Source: Selaginella moellendorffii (Eukaryota > Plantae > Lycopodiophyta). From it: a DNA stretch of 64,000 nt. Below the pieces are notes generated by a model, which did not search any database, was not told the origin of the DNA, and saw only the letters and a list, made by a program, of their open reading frames with translations. A program made the position numbers and the translations under genes. Numbering within the stretch: the first letter of the stretch is position 1; each line of letters begins with the position of its first letter. The DNA is taken from positions 175,296 through 239,295 of the forward strand of contig NW_003314336.1 of the NCBI RefSeq assembly GCF_000143415.4. Direction: 5' to 3'. Below are positions 63,501-64,000 of the stretch, piece by piece.

Positions 63501-64000
63501 CCTATCATGGATTACTATTTTTCATCCTTGGCACCAAGCCAATATTCATCATTGGTTCGACACTGAAGGCTAACCATTCCTTGCCCATCCTCTAAGGAGC
63601 ATATTCTCTCCAACTTAAAAACTCATTAAACCACTTATGGTGATCCTTCCCCTTTTGTTCGTTTAGTTCATGCTAAACTTGTTAGAAACACCTTTTTTAT
63701 TTTTATTTTACTACTCATTCAAAAGTAGTCTCAGTCTCTATCAACATAACTATCACATTTTGGAACTTTAATATTGATATCTAGAGTCAATTTCTTAAGT
63801 GTGTTTAACACCTTACATTGCACTAGTTACGTAAACACCACTTCCCCATCCTAGGAAATTCTTTACTTGAAGGTACTATCATCTTCTTTTTTATTTCGTG
63901 CCACCTTTAGCACTAAATTCCACTTATTCATAATTTGTGCTAAGGTTATCCATGGCCATATCATTTGGCTACTTTGCCGCTCCATCTTTTAGCTTTCACC
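54596..64000 (-). mobile_element. Family M 3' LTR (54596-54954 + 62142-63436, split by the LARD) with PPT and degenerate internal sequence running off the window
   Basis: The two halves are colinear with 35250-36796 across the insertion. GGGTGGTGGAAT (63448-63437) precedes the LTR start on the minus strand. Confidence 0.8.
54955..62136 (+). mobile_element. LARD-like non-autonomous LTR element (7.18 kb)
   Basis: LTRs 54955-56104 and 61014-62136 (TGTCGCG...GCGCTACA); PBS TGGTATCAAAG 56107-56117; PPT AGGGGGGGAGAG 61002-61013; TSD GATAT/AATAT. The 4.9-kb T/G-rich interior has no + strand ORF of 60 aa or more. Confidence 0.88.

Overview
Eukaryotic, repeat-rich land-plant DNA. The 45-59 bp introns plus an intact ciliary gene suggest a flagellate-sperm lineage, most likely a Selaginella-like lycophyte (inference). 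There is one apparently intact gene: an 8-exon CFAP210/CCDC173-like gene at 26708-28390. Gene remnants include CbbY-like HAD, UBE2E-like E2 and a possible RPA70 C-terminus. The rest is nested transposons: Ty3/gypsy elements, more than 12 pieces of one minisatellite-bearing LTR family, a LARD-like element, two TRIMs (one Cassandra-type with 5S-derived LTRs, one with a split tRNA-type A/B-box), MULE pieces (one next to a DNA-methyltransferase-like exon), a Helitron Rep, and LINE and copia remnants. There are two N gaps. The most striking object is a TSD-flanked Ty3/gypsy element (11397-15925) with INVERTED LTRs. Its 3' LTR is joined to the PPT through a 40-nt copy of tRNA-iMet nt 37-76, which looks like an integrated aberrant reverse-transcription intermediate. 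All family assignments come from motifs recognised by eye; no searches were run.
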